Positions 62,010 to 64,000 of a stretch of DNA of 64,000 nucleotides are shown here, piece by piece. How positions within the stretch are numbered: the first letter of the stretch is position 1; every line of letters starts with the position of its first letter. Origin of the DNA: Blepharisma stoltei ATCC 30299 (taxonomy: Eukaryota; Protista; Ciliophora). Position numbers and translations under genes: made by a program. Below the pieces are notes generated by a model, which saw only the letters and a list, made by a program, of their open reading frames with translations, searched no databases and was not told the DNA's origin. The DNA lies in assembly GCA_965603825.1 (NCBI GenBank), contig CBFDEM010000033.1, positions 496,001-560,000 of the forward strand, in the 5' to 3' direction.

Positions 62010-64000
62010 TTAGTCCCTATCTCTACCAGCTCGAACTTTACTCCTACTTTCTTCTACGTTCCTTTGATAAACGTCTAAATCCATATTTAGACTTGTATGA
62101 TCAATATTTTCAATATAGCTCGCAGCGCTTTGGAACTGCTGGAACACGAAGCCTTTAAGTCCAATCATCTTTGTGTGGTGTCTGAATTTCGAAATATAGT
62201 TCAGATTTGAATAAAGTCTTTTTGGCTTCGCTTTTAGTACAACATAAATTATAATCGGCAAAGAGTCATCTGTGCCAACTCCTCCGCTGCCTGACGACAC
62301 AAGGCTGAGAACATTGACAATGATAGACATACAATCAGCCAGACAGTTCAGCTTTTCCGAAGGTGCCCTATAGTCATCAATTGCTTCTAATGACTCAATT
62401 GCAAATTTCCACATATCTTCATTTCGGTTCGAAGGGTCAATATCCATATGTTCTGGCTTAACTCAGTCCAGCTCAAGTGTTTTATTATGCAAATTTGTAT
62501 CTTCTATTGATGCTTTGCTTGGGAAAATGTGGTGGTACATAGAAGAAGTAATGTGCTTCTCGATTTCTTCTGTAGTTGTTTCAATATCTTCTTCACCCAA
62601 GCCTGCATCTTTGAGCACGTTTCGAACCAAAGCTACATAGTCAAAGAAAGCACCTCCAACGTTATAATAGTCTTCAACATTTTCGGTGGATTGGACGACT
62701 TGGTCAAGCTTCATAAATCGTTGGTAAAATTCTTCTATAGAGAAAATGTGAGTACTTTCGGTTTTTATGGACTTTGAGCCTCGGCCTCCAAGCACAAAAT
62801 CTCCGACAGATTGCAGCTTGGAGTGAGGACATATGTTCTGGCTGTAGACTTGAACTGTGTTGTAAGGCCCTTCTTTAACTGTGAGCAGACAAGCTGGGAC
62901 TCTTCCATCCTTGATAAACTGTATAAAGTATGCTTTTCTTTGTAAAGACTCTTGGACTTTGACTTCTAGCTTTATGTCGCTGACGTGTTTTTCCATAAAA
63001 TTGACAGCTAAAAGCAGCAGCTTTTTATTTTTGTTAGCTGCCCTCCTCAAGGTCTCAAATCTGTCTTCGCATTCTTTTTGCAGAGTTGTATAGAGTTTCC
63101 TAAAATTGTAAGCAATATAGTCTTCTGGAACACTTTTCAAGTAAGTTGCTAAAAACTGAGCTAGTAATTTCAATGGGACACCTTCTTGGGCAGCTGCTTT
63201 TTTGTTTTCAAAAAGATAAGAAAATTGGATGACGAACTCCGCAATGTCTTTGAGTGACCATTCTTTGCTTAAATCAAAGAAAATAGACATATCAAGGCAG
63301 CCTAGCAAGTTTCTTGTCGCATCTTTTACCTTGGCTAAAAGTTTTTCTCCTTCAAAGTCTGCTGTTTTCGGGAAATTTGACTGTGATTTATGAAGATTTG
63401 CAATATATGAGTTTTCAATATCCCCAAAATTTTTTTTCATAAAAAACAGATATGGGATTTCATTTTGCTGTAAATTAATTTCAGCTGTATAGCTGGATTG
63501 AATCAGAGAATCGGTCTCATCAGCTTTGCTGATGACTTTTGCATATCTTAATAAATCATTCCACCCTTTTTCTGTAACAGCTGTCTCTTGTTCTTTGACA
63601 ATTCTAGCAAGGAACTTAATATCTTCAATTGATAAAACTGAGGTAATCACTTTAAACTCTTTGATTTCACTCATATTTTCAGCTTGTTTTCTCGTCTTTG
63701 AGTGGAAATTAAATGGACTTATCTTAGGCCTAGTCAAAGCAGTCAAATAGTAATTGCACATGGTTCCTCTGTTTTTCTGGTCCTCAGATACATTGGTGCA
63801 TGGCAGTGGATATAGAGGAATTGAGCTTTTTCTCCATAGATTTGCGCCTTCTTCTAAATAAATGATATCCCTAAAGAATTCTTTCATATGTACAGACTCT
63901 TCTTTGATAAAAGAATTGATCACGAAATACTGAGGCTCGTCAAACTCGCTTTCTTTGAAAATATTTTTGAATATGGTGCCAATTGTTTTTAAATAGCCCA
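62010..64000 (-). CDS. VPS9-domain Rab5 GEF, probably GAPVD1-like (5'-partial)
   Basis: 'LD-W(TGA 62463)-VKPEHMDI', APSEKLNC, GTDDSLPIIIYVVLKAKP, SNLNYISKF. The frame is open to the window end, where the sequence resembles a RasGAP C-terminus. Confidence 0.82.

Overview
Gene-dense, AT-rich eukaryotic DNA, most consistent with the somatic (macronuclear) genome of a heterotrich ciliate of the Blepharisma type. TGA is read as Trp, only TAA/TAG terminate, and six 15-nt GT..AG introns are visible. The supplied ORF track therefore splits many genes; re-reading gives about 34 genes separated by very short spacers (10-130 bp is common). They include a cystathionine gamma-lyase family enzyme, a spastin-like AAA ATPase, Psf2, FKBP-TPR, PCMT, two tandem GH38 alpha-mannosidases, a mitochondrial carrier, DRC11/IQCA1, a short RPGRIP1L-like gene, PSMB1, DHX16, a GPCR-PIP kinase fusion and a VPS9 protein. 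A microhomology-bounded tandem duplication (about 27.7-42.8 kb) left two intact copies of a 1610-aa two-repeat polycystin-type channel, with reciprocal loss of the neighbouring genes. The most unusual element is a 72-nt non-canonical tRNA-like Pol III gene (47665-47736, minus) with UCA at the tip of its central arm, in a genome that must decode UGA. All calls come from manual reading; no searches were run.
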